From assembly GCA_032718475.1 (NCBI GenBank), contig JAUCBJ010005789.1, positions 1-50,428 on the forward strand: a DNA stretch of 50,428 nt. The letters run 5' to 3'. A model generated the notes under the pieces. The model was not told the origin of the DNA. It did not search any database and saw only the letters and a list, made by a program, of their open reading frames with translations. A program made the position numbers and the translations under genes. The DNA is from Nemertoderma westbladi. Taxonomy: Eukaryota; Animalia; Xenacoelomorpha. Of the stretch, positions 46,701 through 50,428 are shown piece by piece. Position 1 is the first letter of the stretch, and the number at the start of each line of letters is the position of its first letter.

Positions 46701-48202
46701 AAAAATAATTATTATTAATTATTGTTCAAGTTATTATTTGGTATCATTCGCAATATGAAACAGAAAAGATTCTGAATTCTGAAATAAACTTTTTCTTCAG
46801 CCTGACTGTCGGATTTTACCAAAACAAGAAAAACGTATATTGAGTACTTACCTTGTTTTGGCTTTGCATTAATTTCATATACAACCTTTTGCTTCTGTAT
46901 CATTTACATTTTTTTGGGGGTGGATGCAGGACTAAAAAAACGTATATATAAAATCGTTTCCTGTACCGTCATTTTAATTGTTTTTAGTCTTTTAAGCTAT
47001 GTAACTTGTTTTCTTATAACCTACTATCAATATAACATTACCAGACCGTTTTTAATATTTATAGTTTTCGCTCAGGAAAAGATTGAAAAAATGAGTTACA
47101 AAAACGCAATTTACTCTAAAACTTACTTTTGTTAGATACAATGTTTTGACTTTGGACGGCAGATTTGTTCTTCTACCTTGTATAGCTGTTTGTTGGTACC
47201 AATGGAAAGATGGCCTTGCAAGGATTCCAAATATGTAACACAATTTGAATTTCGTTGAAAAATAGCTGAGATATTAGCGTTCAAATGTTGCATTGTTTTG
47301 CACCGGCGTGAGGCTATTTTATTCTATTTAATAAATAAACCACATTCTGGGATATTTTTCAAATGTATGAATAGCTACATAATAGTATGATTAAAGGGTC
47401 AGTAATGGTTGACCGATGCGCCTGTAAATAGCCTCTCGTCAACAAGTCAACCCCACCGACTAGCGGTACTGGCTGTTTTTGCTGACGGGGCTCTGTCGAA
47501 CAACGCGTCCCTGATAGCAGTAGAGGGGGTCTCTTTATTGAGAGGCAGTATTATTATTGCCGCGGAACTGCCCCAACTCATCACCTCTCCCACTCTCGCT
47601 CTCCGACGAAAATGAACATAAAATCAACATCAAAATCAACAATCAACCACACCGCGACACCCACCCACACCTACGATCTGAAAGATTGTACCCAATACAA
47701 AAAAAAACAGGATAAGTTGAATCATACAACTAAAGCGGTAAGCTTGCAAGACGAATGCATGATTTACTGAGAATATCAGTCATAATCTCACTTAATGGAA
47801 TACTGTACATATTGTTCAAAACTTTTACTAAATTAATTGCAATGCTCACCTATCATTTCGCGAGTGTCAATACATACTCTTACATACTCATGCATGTTAA
47901 AAATTAAGGTATAATTGGTACTGTACAAATCTGACAAATACTGGGATTGTAATTCAACTAGCATGATATAAACTAACGAACAAATTGGCAATTAATATGG
48001 CTGATATTTACTTCTTTTTCATGTATATTTTTCAGAAATATTTCAATTGCATTAATTTACATATTTCCAGGCCCTTTCATCCCATTTTACCAAATTTTTT
48101 ACTTTCAGGGATTTTAATTTCCATGCGGTATAGGGTTCCGCAACTTTTAGTGGCAACACTAGAGACATCTAACCCAGGGTAGGGTATTCCTTAAATACCC
48201 CC

Positions 48203-50428
48203 TGTAGGTGTTGGGCTGGGCTCCCATGGGTAAGATACAGCTAGCGCACTACCCAACTAACAAATTTCCAACTAAATCTTCCACTTTTTTTCTCTAAAAC
48301 GCTCAAACTACCGTTGTTAGCTTATTCAATTCCGCTAACCCAAACCCATAAAGTAAGTCGATAAGCAATATTGGGGGCCACGAGATTGGGTAATAACCAA
48401 CTCGTGTCACCCCAACAAAGTGGGAGGGAAAAGCACACAATGAGGGTCAGGGGCCAAACCCCTAACAGAGAGAGAACAGGTGGAGTGAAGGGAAACACTC
48501 CAGAAGGCGCCAACAGGGGCATAAACCAATCAGAGGGGGGAAAGGCACCGAGTGAGTACAGCAATAAGGCCACCCGTGCAATATAACCAGTTACCCAATA
48601 ATCAGTCATTCAGTTATCTCAGTGTCATATTGGTGCTAGCTAGGTTAGTAAGTTTAGTTAGGGAAGTGTCGGGGACTTTAATTACCGTTAACCCGCCTTC
48701 CGTGTACAGCAATCTATACCTATTGTTCGCGCTTTCAGACCTTTGGCAGTTTAATCCGCCAAATTAAGATGTCTTCTAGATATTAAATCGCTTTTTAGCC
48801 TATGACAAGTATTTGATTCACTACACTAGTCGAAACCAATCTGTGCGCGATCATTCACCCGCTGGATATTCCCGGGAGATTGGGTTCGACGGTTTAATTT
48901 TATTGCTATGTAAGCCTAATGTATTATTCGACTGACAGTATTATATAATCTCTGACAATATTATTCACCTTAGGGAATATTAACAGTTCCTTTAGGACGT
49001 GGCGCTTTATTTATATAAACAGAGTTATGACTTAAACTACTCACAACGATATGGCTTAATTATAATTCACATATATGGCGCATTCTTTAGGAATTGCTTC
49101 TTTAACAGACTCACTCATACACAATGCTGCACAATACTGCACACTAATCTGCCAATCTTCACTGATTTTAGTCACATATAAAAGGAACACAGACTGACTC
49201 ATGTAGGGTCTATCAAATAACATTAGATTCACTTCAAACCACTTTAACATAAGTCACAATCGTTATTGGTAACCTTTCTCTCTTACCTTCGGTATATCAA
49301 GAATATTGGGTTTTCGGGGTTATTTCTCGTTATTCCAATATAATAATTCATCAACAAATATAATGAATAACCGACAACAAATAGCAGTATACAGTATCGA
49401 TTGAGCAGGTAATTTTAGCAGTTTCAGCAGTTATACGTCAGTTATTAAAAGCCGTGTGTGCCGTGTGTCAGCAGTTAAAGGATATATGTCCTTATAATAA
49501 AACCTACTAGTGTTAAGCTAAAAAGCAGAAAGCACAAAACACTACAAAGCCGTTCTTTCGTGGCTTTGAAAAACTCGTGACTACTACTCTATACGAGGAT
49601 ACCAACTACCCTTATTCCACGAAGCTCCCGTTCAACACAGAGAAAGAGCAGTGAGATAGGAAAATTTCAGTTCAGTAGCTCTGTGATAGGTCAAAATCAA
49701 GGCTAACTCAAATTCTATTGGGAGATACAAAAACAAGGCTATGACGCAACCTTCCTAGGCTGGTTGGCCGATTAAACAGAGCCCAGATACCTGCGTACAG
49801 CAAATCAGCCAATAAGCTGGTAGCTTGCACTATTTTAGCTATAGATCCCCTTTAGAGTATTCTAGCGACCGGGGGGGAACTGGCCAACAAGGCAAACGAA
49901 TCAGTTATCCCACAAAAGCTTTTACACCGCTCCCAGAAAATGGGATTTAAGTCTATAAAATATACAAAATAACAGTTTCTAAAATATAAAAATACTCTAA
50001 ACAGTTAGTCTTTCTTGCGCGGACGGCGTTTACGCAGTTTTTTAAAGCTAGCAAGAGTCATTTTCTCTTTGGGGCGAGCCACTTTACGAGGAGGGCTGTA
50101 GCTCCTAGGCGAAGGGTGCAATATAATTGCATCAGAAGGTGCAGGGTTACGATCGGTATACCCGCCGGTCGAAGTACCTGGTTGATTAATATCAACCTCA
50201 GTGGAGTGAGGTCTAACGGCCTTTAGAGCGCGTCTCAGGACAGCAGCTCCTACGGGTCCTTGACGGGTCGTCTGGACACTAGCGGTGGGTGGACCGTGAG
50301 TAGTGAGGAACTTTCTCGGTTTAATGGTTCTCTCCAGCTCGCGTTCTCGGGTTCGATATTCATATGGTCGCCGAGATATTTCCTGTAGTTCAGGATGCGA
50401 GTTCACAAAGATGTCGCCATACTCCGGG
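48203..50428 (-). mobile_element. Possible 3' end of an LTR retrotransposon (ORF tail, weak PPT, 3' LTR)
   Basis: A minus-strand frame enters from the window edge and stops at 50005. About 70 bp later GGGAGCGG is followed by TGTAAAA (49926). Candidate ...TACA ends are at 48909 or 48203. No diagnostic domain lies in the window. Confidence 0.35.
50005..50428 (-). CDS. C-terminal fragment of an unidentified ORF running off the window edge (basic, low-complexity tail)
   Basis: The frame is open to the window end (PEYGDIFVNSHPELQ...KKLRKRRPRKKD*) and is GC-richer than its flanks. Confidence 0.45.
   Translation of the reverse strand, partial: PEYGDIFVNSHPELQEISRRPYEYRTRERELERTIKPRKFLTTHGPPTASVQTTRQGPVGAAVLRRALKAVRPHSTEVDINQPGTSTGGYTDRNPAPSDAIILHPSPRSYSPPRKVARPKEKMTLASFKKLRKRRPRKKD

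Noticed and set aside
47391-47420. TTAAAGGG... as a Kolobok-type transposon end
   Set aside because: No matching inverted partner was found in the window.

Overview
Eukaryotic (probably invertebrate) genomic DNA, more than half of it tandem repeat. The only host gene I can support is the 3' half of an FBXL2/FBXL20-family F-box/LRR gene on the + strand: four phase-0 exons (9293-9484, 9737-9838, 11288-11500, 28499-28606) ending in a CaaX box (CALL). Its introns hold a decayed RTE-like LINE, a 395-bp MITE, a near-intact two-ORF APE/RT LINE on the - strand, and a 13.9-kb 33-bp minisatellite inside a decayed, probably Sola-like DNA transposon. The best candidate for new biology is the two-ORF LINE: its ORF1 begins with a Ulp1/SENP-type (C48) cysteine-protease domain, followed by a coiled coil and an RRM-like end. 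A second oddity is a 14-copy tandem amplification of one FBXL exon's splice acceptor, where only the functional copy has a CTAAC branch point. Downstream of the gene are a 17-bp minisatellite, an 11.7-kb 64-bp satellite bracketed by inverted repeats, a Tudor-knot-like ORF running into a 42-bp repeat, and a possible LTR-element 3' end. A back-to-back pair of SMART/PacBio-ULI adapter sequences at 45153-45205 marks a probable library chimera. Family assignments come from reading motifs by eye; no searches were run.
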